Of a stretch of DNA of 64,000 nucleotides, positions 26,661-37,583 are shown piece after piece. Origin of the DNA: Candidatus Latescibacterota bacterium. Its GTDB lineage: Bacteria > Latescibacterota > UBA2968 > UBA8231. The stretch is from the NCBI GenBank assembly GCA_965204725.1, contig OZ242005.1, positions 256,001 through 320,000 on the forward strand, given 5' to 3'. A program made the position numbers and the translations under genes. Every line of letters begins with the position of its first letter. Within the stretch, counting starts at the first letter, position 1. The notes under the pieces are model-generated. The model was not told the DNA's origin and did not search any database. It worked only from the letters and a program-made list of their open reading frames with translations.

Positions 26661-27344
26661 TCAGGCTAGACCGCTGAGCACCCGCAAGCGCTGGCTGAGG
26701 TGATCCATCAGCTCGTTGATGTTGGCAAAGGAATCCGCGTAAAGCGGCTCGTCAACCCGAAAGTACACCCGCGACCCCAGCCGCGCATAGCTATCGTATT
26801 CCAAGCCGATGGAAATCAGCGGCACGCGCATCCCCAACCGCTTTTCGGCCTGTACCAGATGCTCGACCACGCCCTTTTGCAGCGGCCCCAACTCGTCTTG
26901 GTAGCGCATGCCTTCCGGGTGCGAGACGACCAATTCGCCGTGCTGGTACAGCCCGTCTAAATAGTCTTGCATCTGCTGGTTGGCCGCGCGGGCTCGCTGA
27001 ATCTCGGCCCGGCGTTGTTCGCGGTCTGCGATCCGCCTAATATCTTTGGGCCGCTCCACTTTGACCCCACCCATCCACTCTAGTATCCCCCACAGACCCA
27101 CCTTCATAATGTAGTTGCCATAGCGCCGGGTGATCCTGTACAGCAAGACCCCTTCGAGCAGAATGTCGCGGTACGCGCAGTGCTTGGGCAAAATCAGAGC
27201 CGGCCCTTGGCGCGGCAGATTGGAACCCCCCTCAACCACCAAGCGGTGATAGCGCATGGCCCCGGCCGCGAGCAAGCGAGCACCGCAGGCGAAGGCATGG
27301 ATGCGCTTGATGGAAAAGTCCCTGTGCTCAGGCTCTGTGGACAT
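26661..27344 (-). CDS. Lysophospholipid/1-acyl-glycerol-3-phosphate acyltransferase family (PlsC-like)
   Basis: HxxxxD motif 'KHCAYRD' and 'SHPEG'. Confidence 0.75.
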   Translation of the reverse strand: MSTEPEHRDFSIKRIHAFACGARLLAAGAMRYHRLVVEGGSNLPRQGPALILPKHCAYRDILLEGVLLYRITRRYGNYIMKVGLWGILEWMGGVKVERPKDIRRIADREQRRAEIQRARAANQQMQDYLDGLYQHGELVVSHPEGMRYQDELGPLQKGVVEHLVQAEKRLGMRVPLISIGLEYDSYARLGSRVYFRVDEPLYADSFANINELMDHLSQRLRVLSGLA

Positions 27345-27356
27345 GGTCTAATGGTC

Positions 27357-27809
27357 CTATTTGAATAGGTCCTTTACCTTGCCCCAAGTGCTTTCATCTA
27401 CTTCGGTAGCTAAGGGTTGCAGCAGGTCTTGGCCCGGGCCGGCCCAGTGCAAAGCGCCCGCGGAATCTATGGCTGCGAAATAATCCCCGTCGGCGTCCAG
27501 CCGCGCTTTGATGTACGCGGGGACCGCCGAGGACTGTGCGGCCCTCGCGCCCGACCACAGGGTCAGCCCCTCAACCGTCGGCCCTTGCCCGTCGCGGGCA
27601 ATGGCGACGAGCCGCTGCTCAGCATCTTGGGCGCGGAACTGATGCCATAGCTGCAAGACCCGCTGGTGCTGCGGGGGCCTATCGGGTGAGAATACGTAGA
27701 ATACGCGGCTGTCTTTTGGCAGGGCCTCGATCGGGCCGCTGTTCGCTTCACTCGCTAGGGCCAGCAGCAGGACCAAGCCCGTCGTCCATGTCATTCGTAG
27801 TGCTTTCAT
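27357..27809 (-). CDS. Small secreted hypothetical protein with C-terminal 'TWGKVK' tail
   Basis: Signal peptide; ends ATEVDESTWGKVKDLFK. Confidence 0.7.
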   Translation of the reverse strand: MKALRMTWTTGLVLLLALASEANSGPIEALPKDSRVFYVFSPDRPPQHQRVLQLWHQFRAQDAEQRLVAIARDGQGPTVEGLTLWSGARAAQSSAVPAYIKARLDADGDYFAAIDSAGALHWAGPGQDLLQPLATEVDESTWGKVKDLFK

Positions 27810-27821
27810 AATAATTGACCT

Positions 27822-28889
27822 TTATTCGGCGCGAATTCCATAGTCCTTTTGCACGGCGGCTTCCCCTTGGAGAATCCTCACCAGCGACAGGTGTTGGCTG
27901 AGTACCTGTTCGACTTGCACGACGCCGACCCGACGGGGCAGAGCCGTTCCCAACACCTCGCCGGTATCCGGGTCTTTCAGTTCTCGCCCCTTGTCCCACA
28001 CGCCGTACTTGTTGCCTTTCTGCACTGAATCGGCTAATCCCACGTTAATATAAGCACTCAGCCGCACTCGCACAGATTCTCCGTTTTGCACGGTATCGGC
28101 CACCACCTCTATGATTTTCGGCTCGGAGACCTTCAGGGCGGCCGGGGGTTGGATGAGGCTGTCCAGCCCGGCAGCCAAGCGGTCCAAGCATCGACTCACC
28201 GACTTGCCCAGCAAGGTGTTGTGGAATTCCTCGCTACCCCACTCCATCTGCCCCAAGAGGAAGTACTCTTTTTCCAGCGGCACGTACGCCGCCGGGTTGG
28301 TGATCCCATAGCGCTTGCTGTCCTCAGCGACTTCCCGCTTCACCTCGCCGGCTACTTCCCCGTCTATGACCTTGTAGGGAAACAGCTGGACCTCGGTCAG
28401 GCCCTGATAGCTGCGATAGCCGCCGATGGGCACGGTGGCGCGGAAGCGCTTCATACTCATCTCGTCGATCTGCCCCAAGACGACGTAATCGGCATCCACC
28501 TCGCGGCCAATCGCCAAGGCGCGCTCTACGCGGACCTTGCCTTGCAATTCTTTCTTTTTTAGCCGCACGAGCGCCGAATCAATGGACACCGTGCTGAAAA
28601 AGGCACTACCGCTCAGCGAATCGGCCAAGCCGCGCGGGATGGCCGAGTATATGTCCCACTCGCCCTTGTATTTCGACTTGTCGCGAAAGGGCATGAACAG
28701 CAGCCGCTGCTTGAGTTCCTCCGCAATGGTGCTGTCGCTGACCACTGGCTCCTCGGGGGCCTCTTCCTCTTCCTTTTGATCGCCCAACCCCATAATCGGC
28801 ACCACCGCAGCTTCCCCGTCTGCCCCCCAGTACAGCGCGGCCAACAAAACAAATCCCCCCCGCAAAAACCACCTGCATCTTTCCGACAT
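27822..28889 (-). CDS. CsgG/TolB-N/FlgT-like exported protein
   Basis: 'ALAIGREVDADYVVLGQI' (CsgG/TolB_N-like); C-terminal 'YINVG..ELKDPDTGEVLG..VGVVQVEQV' (FlgT_C-like). Confidence 0.65.
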   Translation of the reverse strand: MSERCRWFLRGGFVLLAALYWGADGEAAVVPIMGLGDQKEEEEAPEEPVVSDSTIAEELKQRLLFMPFRDKSKYKGEWDIYSAIPRGLADSLSGSAFFSTVSIDSALVRLKKKELQGKVRVERALAIGREVDADYVVLGQIDEMSMKRFRATVPIGGYRSYQGLTEVQLFPYKVIDGEVAGEVKREVAEDSKRYGITNPAAYVPLEKEYFLLGQMEWGSEEFHNTLLGKSVSRCLDRLAAGLDSLIQPPAALKVSEPKIIEVVADTVQNGESVRVRLSAYINVGLADSVQKGNKYGVWDKGRELKDPDTGEVLGTALPRRVGVVQVEQVLSQHLSLVRILQGEAAVQKDYGIRAE

Positions 28890-28958
28890 CAGGGCCTTCC
28901 TTTGGTTTGCGTGAGTACGCAAGGGCCTTGGGGCACAACCGCTACGCGCCCCGCCATG

Positions 28959-29828
28959 CTAGGCCAATTTGTCCTGTAGATACGAGCGAAACGACGCCCC
29001 GAATTCGCGGTCGGCCAAGGCGAAATCCGCGAAGGCTCGATAGTACGTCAGCGGCGTTCCAATGTCGTAGCGCACCTCGTCGCTCGCAAGGCGCGTGCAG
29101 CGGACCTCAGCCCCGCGCTGGATCAGGACGCGAATGGCATCGGTTAGCCACAACTCGCCGCCAACCCCAGGCTCAATCTCGTCAATGGCGGCGAAAATCT
29201 CCGGCGAAAAAATATAGCGGGCCGCAACCGCAAGACAACTCGGCGCGGCTTCCACCGGCGGTTTTTCAACAATATCGGCGATGGCAAAGTCGGCGGCGAC
29301 CGCGCCTTGCGGTGTGACGATCCCGTACTTATAGGTCTCCTCGCTCGGCACTTCCCACACGGCAATGGTGGCGGCCGCGCCCCGTTGGACATGCGACTGC
29401 ATCATCCGGCCGACCACGCCCGGCACCCGCGGCGAGGCGATAATGGTGTCGCCGAACCCCACCGCGAAGGGCTCATCGCCGACAAATTCCCGCGCTTGGC
29501 GCACGGCATCGGCGTTGCCGGCCGGCCGGCGTTGGCGCACGTAGTAGAATTCAACGCCCGCGGCCGCGTAGTCAACCTCGCCGATCGCGCTATCGCCCAA
29601 GTGCGCCGCAAGCTCGGGATCGTCGTCGAAGTGATCCTCAATCGAGCGTTTCTTGCGGCCCGTTACAAAGAGAAACTTGTCCAACCCCTGCTCGATCATC
29701 TCCTCAACCACGTACTGCACAACGGGCTTGCAACCCACGGGCAGCATCTCCTTGGGCTGGGACTTGGTCGCCGGCAGCAGGCGGGTCCCCAAACCCGCTA
29801 CGGGGAATACGGCTTTGCGAATCGGCAC
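28959..29828 (-). CDS. galU: UTP--glucose-1-phosphate uridylyltransferase
   Basis: 'RKAVFPVAGLGTRLLPATKSQPKEMLP', 'SIEDHFD', 'VEKP', 'GELWLTDAI'. Confidence 0.9.
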   Translation of the reverse strand: MPIRKAVFPVAGLGTRLLPATKSQPKEMLPVGCKPVVQYVVEEMIEQGLDKFLFVTGRKKRSIEDHFDDDPELAAHLGDSAIGEVDYAAAGVEFYYVRQRRPAGNADAVRQAREFVGDEPFAVGFGDTIIASPRVPGVVGRMMQSHVQRGAAATIAVWEVPSEETYKYGIVTPQGAVAADFAIADIVEKPPVEAAPSCLAVAARYIFSPEIFAAIDEIEPGVGGELWLTDAIRVLIQRGAEVRCTRLASDEVRYDIGTPLTYYRAFADFALADREFGASFRSYLQDKLA

Positions 29829-29946
29829 GGTTTCTTTTTATTTTAAGTTTAAGAGAATCAAGGACATAACGAAAAATAACACCTAGTGAAAATAGGGCCT
29901 AAAAGGGGCTAAATCAAGCCCGACCTGCGCCCTCGCGCTGCCGACC

Positions 29947-30993
29947 ATGTTCGATTTGTCCCCAACTCGCCTACAGGCCCTCGTGGAAGCGTTTCCCGCG
30001 CTACGCATCGGCGTAGTCGGCGATTTCTTCCTCGACTCCTACCTCGAATGCGACCCAACCCTCGACGAAAAGTCGCTGGAGACCGGCAAGACCTGCTATC
30101 AGGTGATCGGCTACCGCCGTCAACCCGGGGGCGCTGGCAATGTGGCCGCCAACTTGCGCACCCTCGGCGTAGGGACGGTCGAGGCCGTGGGCTATTGCGG
30201 CGACGACGGCGAAGGCTACGAGCTGCGGCGGGCCATGCGCCGCGAGTGCCTAGACCTGACGGGCTTTCTCACGGCTTCGGGCCGCTTGACCCCGACTTAT
30301 GGCAAGCCTTGCTACGTCGCCAGCCGCCAGCGCGGCCGACCCGTACTGGAGGAACTAGAGCGGCTCGATGTCAAAAATCGCCGTCCAACCCCCACCAGCC
30401 TCCAGCGCGCCCTCATCGCCCATGTGCGCCAGCGTCTGGACCACTGGGACGGCCTCGTGCTCATGGACCAAGTCGCCGAAGCCAATTGCGGCGTCCTCAC
30501 TACCCGCGTCCGTCGCGCCATCGCCGCGGCCCTCGGCCCCCAGCCCAAGCTGGTGGTCCTCGCCGATTCGCGTACGCGCATCGGGCTATTTACGCGCGCC
30601 ATCCTCAAGCCCAACCAGCGCGAGGCTTGGGCCGCGCTCGGCGGCCGAGGAGAGTTGTCGCTTGAGGCGGCACACCACCACGCCCGCTTGCTCAGCAACC
30701 GAACGGGTCGCCCGGTGTTTCTAACGCTTGGCAATAGGGGGATACTCGTAGCCGACGGCAACGCAGTCGAACACGTGCCAGCCGTGCGCCTCGCCACACC
30801 CATTGATCCAGTCGGCGCCGGGGACACTTGTGCGGCCGCTATCAGCGCGGCCTTGGCGGCCGGTGCCGAGTTGACGGAAGCGGGCGCGGTCGCCTGCTTG
30901 GCTGCGTCAATTGCCATTCAGCAGGCCGGCACCACCGGCACGGCCTCGCCCGCCGAGCTAAGCCGCCGCTTGCAGCGGTTGAGGCGTCGCTAG
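29947..30993 (+). CDS. PfkB-family carbohydrate kinase, RfaE/HldE kinase-domain-like
   Basis: 'VVGDFFLD', 'PGGAGNVAANL', 'LKPNQRE', 'DPVGAGDT'. Confidence 0.8.
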   Translation: MFDLSPTRLQALVEAFPALRIGVVGDFFLDSYLECDPTLDEKSLETGKTCYQVIGYRRQPGGAGNVAANLRTLGVGTVEAVGYCGDDGEGYELRRAMRRECLDLTGFLTASGRLTPTYGKPCYVASRQRGRPVLEELERLDVKNRRPTPTSLQRALIAHVRQRLDHWDGLVLMDQVAEANCGVLTTRVRRAIAAALGPQPKLVVLADSRTRIGLFTRAILKPNQREAWAALGGRGELSLEAAHHHARLLSNRTGRPVFLTLGNRGILVADGNAVEHVPAVRLATPIDPVGAGDTCAAAISAALAAGAELTEAGAVACLAASIAIQQAGTTGTASPAELSRRLQRLRRR

Positions 30994-32828
30994 GACGTAT
31001 AGGTTTGGTCAATGACCGTGCGATACTGCTCGATGATCGCCTTGGGCACGATCTTTTTCAGCCCCTTGGTCAAGGTCCCGGCGTCTTCACTCAGCGGCTC
31101 GGGCAAGAGCGCGACGCGCTGCGGCCGCTGGTAGCTCGGCAGGCCAGCGGCCGTGGCCTCGGCGAGAAACCCCTCGCGGACCCGCTCGCCCAAGCTCGGA
31201 TGCGTGCGCAAAGCGGCCTCGTCCTCCAGCGGCAATCCGTCGATGCCGCTCTTTTTCGCCTCCTCCACATCCACCGTCACCAGCGGCAGCGGGTAGTCGC
31301 GCTGCTGGTCTCCATACACGATCACGTGCTCAACTAAGGGCACCCGGGCGAAAATCCGCTCTAGGGCTTCGGGATTGACGAACTCGCCGTTGCGCAGCTT
31401 GAACTGCCGCCCCACCCGCCCGTGGAACGTGAGAAAGCCCTCGGCATCCATGCTGAACAAGTCGCCGGTTCGATACCAGATCTGGCCGTTCTCCTCCACC
31501 AGCGCCTGCTCGGTCTGCTCGGGGTCGTGCAAATACCCCCGCATGACGTTGGGGCCGCTGGTCCACAGCTCCCCGACTTGGTCGCCGCTGGGCCGACACT
31601 CGGCCTGCACTGGATCGTTGTACCCGATTTCCGACCCGTCTGCGGCCACGATCTTCACCGCCTGCAACGGCCTTCCCACCGTGCCGCTTTTGCGCCCGTC
31701 GAGATGGTTGGCGGCGATCAGCGGCGCACACTCGGTCGTGCCGTAGCCCTCGTACGTGGTGATGTCGAGCACCTCGTGAAAGAAGTCCAGCGCCTTGGGG
31801 TCGGCCTTGGCCGAGCCGACGATCAAAAGCGCTAGATGAGGCCCGACGCGCGTGGCGAGTTGAGCGCGAATTTTGCCGATGATTGAACGGCCTATCACCG
31901 CCCAAAAGAGCTTGTCGCCCAGCCCGGCCCGGCCGCGTGCCAACCGCTCCTTGACGGCAACCGAGCGCTGGATCAAGCCCCCCTTGACGCCGCCGGCGTC
32001 GATTTCCTTGCGCACATTGCCGTACACTTTGTCGAGTATCAGCGGCACGGTGAGAAAGCCCTCCGGCTCGGAGAGGCGAATGTCGCTGAGGACGCGGGCG
32101 GGCGAGCGCGCCAAGTCCAACGTCCACCCCTTGGCCAAGGGATAGTAGATATTGAGAATTCCCATGGAGTGGTAGTCGGGCGCAGACTTGAACATGCGGA
32201 GCGGCTCGCGCTTGCTAATCACGTCCCAGACCTCTTCGACGTTGGCGACGATGTTGGCGTGGGTCTGGATCACGCCCTTGGGCAGGCCGGACGAACCCGA
32301 GGTATAGAGAATTTTCGCTTCGTCTTCCGGCTGCACCTCGACCTCGGGCACGGCCGCGCTGCACTCCGCCAACTCTGCCCAAGGGATCGCGCCCTCGGCC
32401 TCGCCCTCGGTCAGCGCAATCCGCGGCGGCTGGTCTAGCTGGCCCCGGACGGCACTAAACCGCTCATAGCCCTTGCGATCTACGACCAACAGCTCAACCG
32501 CCGAGTGGGCGATGCTGTGGGCGAGCACCTCGTCGGGCGACTCAATGCACAGCGGCACCGAGCTGACCCCGAGGCAATCGGTCGCCAAAAAGATCAACAG
32601 CGGCTCGCTGCCGCCATCGGTGAGAATGCCCACGCGCTGGCCCTTGGCTAAGCCTTGGGCCGCCAAGCCCGCTGCGAGCTGGTCGCGGCGGCTTTTGAGT
32701 TCGGTATATGTCACGGGCTGGTAGCTCAATGCGCGGCTGCCCTCCACGGGCTTGAGCTCCCGAATGGCCGTCTGTTCGGCGTAGGTTGCGAAGCTATGGT
32801 TGAGCAGATCCCTCAGCGTTTGTCCCAT
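30990..32828 (-). CDS. Long-chain acyl-CoA synthetase (AMP-binding, FadD-like)
   Basis: 'LYTSGSSGLPKGV', 'EGYGTTE', 'YRTGDL'. Confidence 0.85.
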   Translation of the reverse strand: MGQTLRDLLNHSFATYAEQTAIRELKPVEGSRALSYQPVTYTELKSRRDQLAAGLAAQGLAKGQRVGILTDGGSEPLLIFLATDCLGVSSVPLCIESPDEVLAHSIAHSAVELLVVDRKGYERFSAVRGQLDQPPRIALTEGEAEGAIPWAELAECSAAVPEVEVQPEDEAKILYTSGSSGLPKGVIQTHANIVANVEEVWDVISKREPLRMFKSAPDYHSMGILNIYYPLAKGWTLDLARSPARVLSDIRLSEPEGFLTVPLILDKVYGNVRKEIDAGGVKGGLIQRSVAVKERLARGRAGLGDKLFWAVIGRSIIGKIRAQLATRVGPHLALLIVGSAKADPKALDFFHEVLDITTYEGYGTTECAPLIAANHLDGRKSGTVGRPLQAVKIVAADGSEIGYNDPVQAECRPSGDQVGELWTSGPNVMRGYLHDPEQTEQALVEENGQIWYRTGDLFSMDAEGFLTFHGRVGRQFKLRNGEFVNPEALERIFARVPLVEHVIVYGDQQRDYPLPLVTVDVEEAKKSGIDGLPLEDEAALRTHPSLGERVREGFLAEATAAGLPSYQRPQRVALLPEPLSEDAGTLTKGLKKIVPKAIIEQYRTVIDQTYTS

Positions 32829-32925
32829 TGCAAGCCCCTTTCTGGTGATTGGTATTGTTGTTGTTGCGGCGGCCAAAGGACCGCCTAGCATTGCACCCGC
32901 GGCCCGGCGACCGCATCTTCCCTAT

Positions 32926-34560
32926 ATGAGTATGAGCTCTCGCTGCAATCGCGCCTTGGTTGTACTGGTCTTGGCCGGCCCGGTCGCCTCTTTGGCTCAG
33001 CCCTCGGTGTCCATGTTCGGCTACTCGCTCAGCATGGGCAGCGTCTCCGTTGACCAAGAGCAGCTGTATCGCCTCAGCTTCCGGCCCGACTTTCCCATGG
33101 GCCGCTTGGGCATTGGCCTCGACTTGGAGCTTTTTGTCGAGCGGAATGGCGACCTCGGCTCGCGCGGCTGGGAGGCCGGTTCGTCCACCCAAACCTTTGA
33201 CTCGATCTTGCGCAAAATCTACTACGTGCGCTATGGCCGCCCCAACGACGCGGTGTACGTCAAAATCGGCGCGCTCGACGACGTGACGCTGGGGTACGGC
33301 CTAATCATGGACAGTTACCGCAATACCCTGCACTATCCGGGCATCAAAAAAACCGGACTCCAGTTTCGCATCGCCAATTTTGTCGGCACTAATATCGGAC
33401 TCGAAGGGGCGATCAACAACCTGCAAGACTTCCAAGAGGGCGGTGCGCTCATCGGGCTGCGGGCCTTTGGCCATGTCGCCAACATCGAGTTGGGCGTGAC
33501 CTTGGCGGCCGATCTAGACCAGTACAGCGGCCTGCGCGACAGCGATTCCGACGGCGTCCCAGACCCCATCGACGCCTTCCCAGCAGACGGCACCATCGCC
33601 CTCGACAACGACGACGACGGCGTCCCCGATCACCTCGACAACGACGACGACAACGACGGCATCATCGACGCCGACGCCGGCAGTGGCCTCCCCGCTGATG
33701 TAGCCTCTGCCTTGTTGGGGATCAACGCCCAGTACGGCAACGCCTTCCCGGTGGACCAAGACGTGGACCGCCACAAGCCCTTCAACAGAAACCGCGTGGA
33801 CCGCGACTTCTTTTCGATCTGGGGCGTGGATGCGAGTTATCCGCTCATCCACGACTTGGGCGTCCACCTCAAGCTCTACGGCCAAGTTGCCCTGCTGCTC
33901 GACGACGACGACGCCCTCTCCAACGCCGAGGCGCAACAGCAGGGCGTCACCCCCGGCAATCGCCAAGCGACCGGGTTTGGGGTCGCCGCCCCGGGCCTGT
34001 GGCTGGCGGTCGGCCCGCTCAACGGCCAACTCGACTTCCGCCACTTCCGCGGCGGTTTCGACGCTCGCTACTTCGACGAGCTATACGAGCTCGACCGCGC
34101 CCACCTCGACCTTGCCACCGGACAGGCCCAGTCCAAGGACGCCCGGCTCAGCCCCAGCGACGAGCTCTCCGGCTTCTTCGGTCACTTGGGCACGGAATTT
34201 GGCTCGTACGCGTACGCCTCGGTCTCCTATCAGTACCTGACGGGGACCAGCGACCCCAAACAGCAACTCATCGCCAGCGCGGCCCTGTCGCGCAAACTGC
34301 TCAAATACTTCCCTCGCCTCAAGCGCGCGTACGCTTATTTTCACAAGAACAACATCGGCCGACGTCTCAACGAGGCTGGCACCGGCCGGGACGCCTTCTT
34401 CGAGCCGACCAAGGACACCTTCTATGGCTTTGACATCGGGCTGAACATGAAAGAAGGGGCCTCCGTGCGCTGGGACACTCGCTTCGTCTTTGAGCGCACC
34501 GCCAATCGACGCTTACAGCGCCACAAAATCATGACCCTCGAAACCGTATTCGACTTTTGA
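32926..34560 (+). CDS. Probable outer-membrane protein with thrombospondin-type-3-like Ca-binding insert
   Basis: Signal peptide; beta-strand-rich; 'DSDSDGVPDPIDAFP..DNDDDGVPDHLDNDDDNDGIID'; ends 'TLETVFDF'. Confidence 0.7.
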   Translation: MSMSSRCNRALVVLVLAGPVASLAQPSVSMFGYSLSMGSVSVDQEQLYRLSFRPDFPMGRLGIGLDLELFVERNGDLGSRGWEAGSSTQTFDSILRKIYYVRYGRPNDAVYVKIGALDDVTLGYGLIMDSYRNTLHYPGIKKTGLQFRIANFVGTNIGLEGAINNLQDFQEGGALIGLRAFGHVANIELGVTLAADLDQYSGLRDSDSDGVPDPIDAFPADGTIALDNDDDGVPDHLDNDDDNDGIIDADAGSGLPADVASALLGINAQYGNAFPVDQDVDRHKPFNRNRVDRDFFSIWGVDASYPLIHDLGVHLKLYGQVALLLDDDDALSNAEAQQQGVTPGNRQATGFGVAAPGLWLAVGPLNGQLDFRHFRGGFDARYFDELYELDRAHLDLATGQAQSKDARLSPSDELSGFFGHLGTEFGSYAYASVSYQYLTGTSDPKQQLIASAALSRKLLKYFPRLKRAYAYFHKNNIGRRLNEAGTGRDAFFEPTKDTFYGFDIGLNMKEGASVRWDTRFVFERTANRRLQRHKIMTLETVFDF

Positions 34561-34561
34561 C

Positions 34562-35674
34562 ATGAAAATCACGCGCGTATCCGCTCACTATCTGCGTCTG
34601 CCTGCCGTCACGGCCCGCTGCGACGGCACCCAAGACACCTGCCTGATCAAAGTAGAAACCAACGCTGGCATCACCGGCTGGGGCGAAGTCGATTCGGCCC
34701 CCACTGTGGTCAAGGCCATCGTCGAAGCCCCGCTTTCCCACCAAATTAGCAACGGCCTCGCCAACGCCCTCGTGGGCCTCGACCCGCTGGCCATCGACGT
34801 ATGCGGGGAGCGCATGCTCAAAGCGGCCAATTACTACGGCCGCGTCGGCGTGGGCACTCACGCCATGGCCGGGGTCAATCTCGCGCTGTGGGACATTGCG
34901 GGTAAGGCGCACAACTGCCCGGCCTACGAGCTGCTCGGTGGCCCCCATCAAACCAAATTCCGCGCCTATTGCTCCATCCTCTTCGGTGATACGCCGCAAG
35001 AGACCGGCGAGCTGGCCCGCCGCTTTGCCGACGAGGGGTTCACGGCCATCAAGTTCGGGTGGGGACCGATGGGCCAGAGCGAGGCCAACGACATCGCCTT
35101 GGTGCGCGAAGCGAGGAAGGGGGCCGGGCCGGATGTGGACATCTTGGTCGATGCGGGGCAGGTGTGGGACTGGAAAACCGGCCTCAAGCGCGCCGAGCAA
35201 TTCGCCGAGTACGGCATATTCTGGCTCGAAGAACCCTTGCACCCCGAGGATGTCGAGGGCTATGCGCGCCTGTGCGAGCGCAGCCCAGTCCCCATCGCCA
35301 CCGGCGAGGCCGAGTCGCGCTATCAGGACTTTGAGCGGCTGCTCGTCGAGGGCCGCATTGACTGGGTCCAGCCGGACCCGGGCCGCTGCGGGCTTTCGAC
35401 CATGGTCGAGGTCGGCCGCCTCGCTCACCGCCTGCATCGCAAGGTCGTCAATCACTCGTTCAAAAGCGGCATCACCATCGCCGCCTCCCTGCACGGGCTG
35501 GCGGCGGTTCCCCACGGCCAAATTTTTGAATACTGCATGGCCGACTCGCCCTTGCGTCACGACTTGACGCACGAAAAATTCGCGGTCGTCGATGGGTGCG
35601 TTCACGTGCCAGAGGGGCCGGGATTGGGCGTGACGGTAAACGAGGAAGTGGTAGAAGCGCATCTAGTACCCTAG
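34562..35674 (+). CDS. Mandelate racemase/muconate lactonizing enzyme family protein
   Basis: 'ALWDIAGKA', 'AIKFG', 'LVDAG', 'WLEEP', 'ATGE', 'VQPD', 'PEGPGLGV'. Confidence 0.9.
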   Translation: MKITRVSAHYLRLPAVTARCDGTQDTCLIKVETNAGITGWGEVDSAPTVVKAIVEAPLSHQISNGLANALVGLDPLAIDVCGERMLKAANYYGRVGVGTHAMAGVNLALWDIAGKAHNCPAYELLGGPHQTKFRAYCSILFGDTPQETGELARRFADEGFTAIKFGWGPMGQSEANDIALVREARKGAGPDVDILVDAGQVWDWKTGLKRAEQFAEYGIFWLEEPLHPEDVEGYARLCERSPVPIATGEAESRYQDFERLLVEGRIDWVQPDPGRCGLSTMVEVGRLAHRLHRKVVNHSFKSGITIAASLHGLAAVPHGQIFEYCMADSPLRHDLTHEKFAVVDGCVHVPEGPGLGVTVNEEVVEAHLVP

Positions 35675-35778
35675 AGTGTGGAGTTGCTCTTAGAACCTGA
35701 CGGTCCTGAGTTCGCGCAAGGGCTGGTCTTGCGTTCTCTTCTTTCTCAGTACAAATCGTTCAATTTTCCCTCGTCTCC

Positions 35779-35807
35779 TTGTCATTATCGCCATTTTTTC
35801 CTATACT
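35779..35807 (+). promoter_or_regulatory. sigma70-type promoter of ilvBN
   Basis: TTGTCA-17 nt-TATACT; RBS AGGAGG-like before 35865. Confidence 0.65.
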
Positions 35808-35864
35808 TTGCTCAAGTTAGTTACATAATAATTCTCAAGCTATTCACTCTAGGGAGGAATTGAC

Positions 35865-37583
35865 ATGGCGAGAGGGGCAGACAAAGTCATCGAAGCACTC
35901 GACCGCTTCGGCGTCGAGTACGTCTTCGGTCATCCGGGCGGCGCGGCCATGCCCATCTTCGACGCGCTGCTCAACTCCGAGCAGATCCGCTTCGTCCTCA
36001 CTCGGCACGAGCAAGGCGCGACCCACATGGCCGACGGCTACGCCCGCGCCACCGGCAAGCCCGGCGTCGTCCTCGTAACCTCCGGCCCGGGCGCAACCAA
36101 CACCATCACCGGCTTGCTCACCGCGCTGATGGATTCTTCGCCGGTCATTGCCCTCACCGGCCAGACCGTCACGCCCATGCTCGGCAAAGACGCCTTTCAG
36201 GAGGCCGATGTCTTTGGCATCTCCATGCCCGTCGTCAAGCACTCCTATCTAGTCAGAGACCCCAACGACATCCCCCGCGTGATGACCGAGGCATTCCACA
36301 TCGCCACCACCGGCCGCCAAGGGCCTGTGCTCGTCGATCTGCCCAAGGACGTCACCCAAGGAGCCCCCTTTCCCGAATGCACCACCAGTTTTCCCGAGAA
36401 GGTGTACTTGCCCGGTTACACTTGGCAGACCAAGCCCGCGCCCGAGCTGCTCGATGCCGCCGCCACCCTCCTGCGCCGCAGCAAGCGTCCCCTGCTCTAC
36501 TTGGGCGGCGGCTGCATCGCCTCGGGGGGCCACGAGGCGGCCAAGTCCTTTGCCGAAAAGACGCGGATGCCGGTGACCAACACCCTGCTCGGCAAAGGGG
36601 CGTTTCCCGAGCAACACGCGCTCTCAGTGGGTATGCTCGGCATGCACGGCACGGCCTACGCCAACAAAGCCGTCGTCGGCTGCGACCTAATTATGTCGGT
36701 GGGTGGGCGTTGGGACGACCGGATCACCGGCAAGCTGGCGGAATTTTGCCCAGATGCGAAAAAGATCCACATCGACATCGACCCGGCCGAATACGGCAAA
36801 GTGGTCCTGCCCGACGTTTTTATTGAGGGCGATGCGCGCCAAGTGCTCGAAGAGCTAATCAACTACGTCGAGCCGCTCGACACGGCTGCTTGGCTGGCCC
36901 AAATCGACGAGTGGAAGGCAAAATACCCGCTCAAATACGGCAAGCGCGGCGGTCTCAAAATGCAGGCGGTCATCGATCGCCTATACGAGCTGACGGCCGG
37001 CCGCGCCGTAGTATCCACCGATGTCGGCCAGCACCAGATGTGGGCGGCCCAGTTCTACAAAACGGCCCACCACCGCCAATGGCTTTCCTCTGGCGGCGCG
37101 GGCACCATGGGCTTTGGCTTTCCCGCGGCCATTGGGGCCCAGTTTGGTCGCCCCGAAGAGATCGTCGTCGCCATCTGCGGCGACGGCGGCTTCCAGATGA
37201 CCTTGTGCGAGCTGGCCACCGCCGTCATCCATCGGCTGCCGATCAAAATTCTAGTCCTCGACAACAAATACCTAGGGATGGTCCGCCAGTGGCAGAACCT
37301 CTTCTTCGACAATCGCCTCTCCGGCGTTGACCTAGAGGGCAACCCCGACTTCTTCAAGCTCGCTGAAGCCTACGGGGCCAAGGGCTTCCGCATCCGGCGC
37401 ACCGCCGACATCGACAAAGCCCTCAAGCAGGCCCTCGCCTACGACGAAGGCCCCTGCGTCATCCACGCCGAGTGCGAAAAAGAAGACAACGTCTTCCCCA
37501 TGATCCCGGCCGGCGCCGCGCTCACCGACATGCTAGTCGAGGCCCCCAAGCAAAAACTGGCCCAACCCAAAGGGAGCACCTAA
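35865..37583 (+). CDS. ilvB: Acetolactate synthase large subunit
   Basis: '[18 protein letters not shown]', 'DVGQHQMW', 'GDGGFQM', 'GMVRQWQ'. Confidence 0.95.
   Translation: MARGADKVIEALDRFGVEYVFGHPGGAAMPIFDALLNSEQIRFVLTRHEQGATHMADGYARATGKPGVVLVTSGPGATNTITGLLTALMDSSPVIALTGQTVTPMLGKDAFQEADVFGISMPVVKHSYLVRDPNDIPRVMTEAFHIATTGRQGPVLVDLPKDVTQGAPFPECTTSFPEKVYLPGYTWQTKPAPELLDAAATLLRRSKRPLLYLGGGCIASGGHEAAKSFAEKTRMPVTNTLLGKGAFPEQHALSVGMLGMHGTAYANKAVVGCDLIMSVGGRWDDRITGKLAEFCPDAKKIHIDIDPAEYGKVVLPDVFIEGDARQVLEELINYVEPLDTAAWLAQIDEWKAKYPLKYGKRGGLKMQAVIDRLYELTAGRAVVSTDVGQHQMWAAQFYKTAHHRQWLSSGGAGTMGFGFPAAIGAQFGRPEEIVVAICGDGGFQMTLCELATAVIHRLPIKILVLDNKYLGMVRQWQNLFFDNRLSGVDLEGNPDFFKLAEAYGAKGFRIRRTADIDKALKQALAYDEGPCVIHAECEKEDNVFPMIPAGAALTDMLVEAPKQKLAQPKGST

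Noticed and set aside
35675-35864. ilvB leader-peptide attenuator (ORF 35678..35863)
   Set aside because: Promoter lies only ~55 nt from the ATG; no Ile/Leu/Val-rich leader with terminator hairpin.
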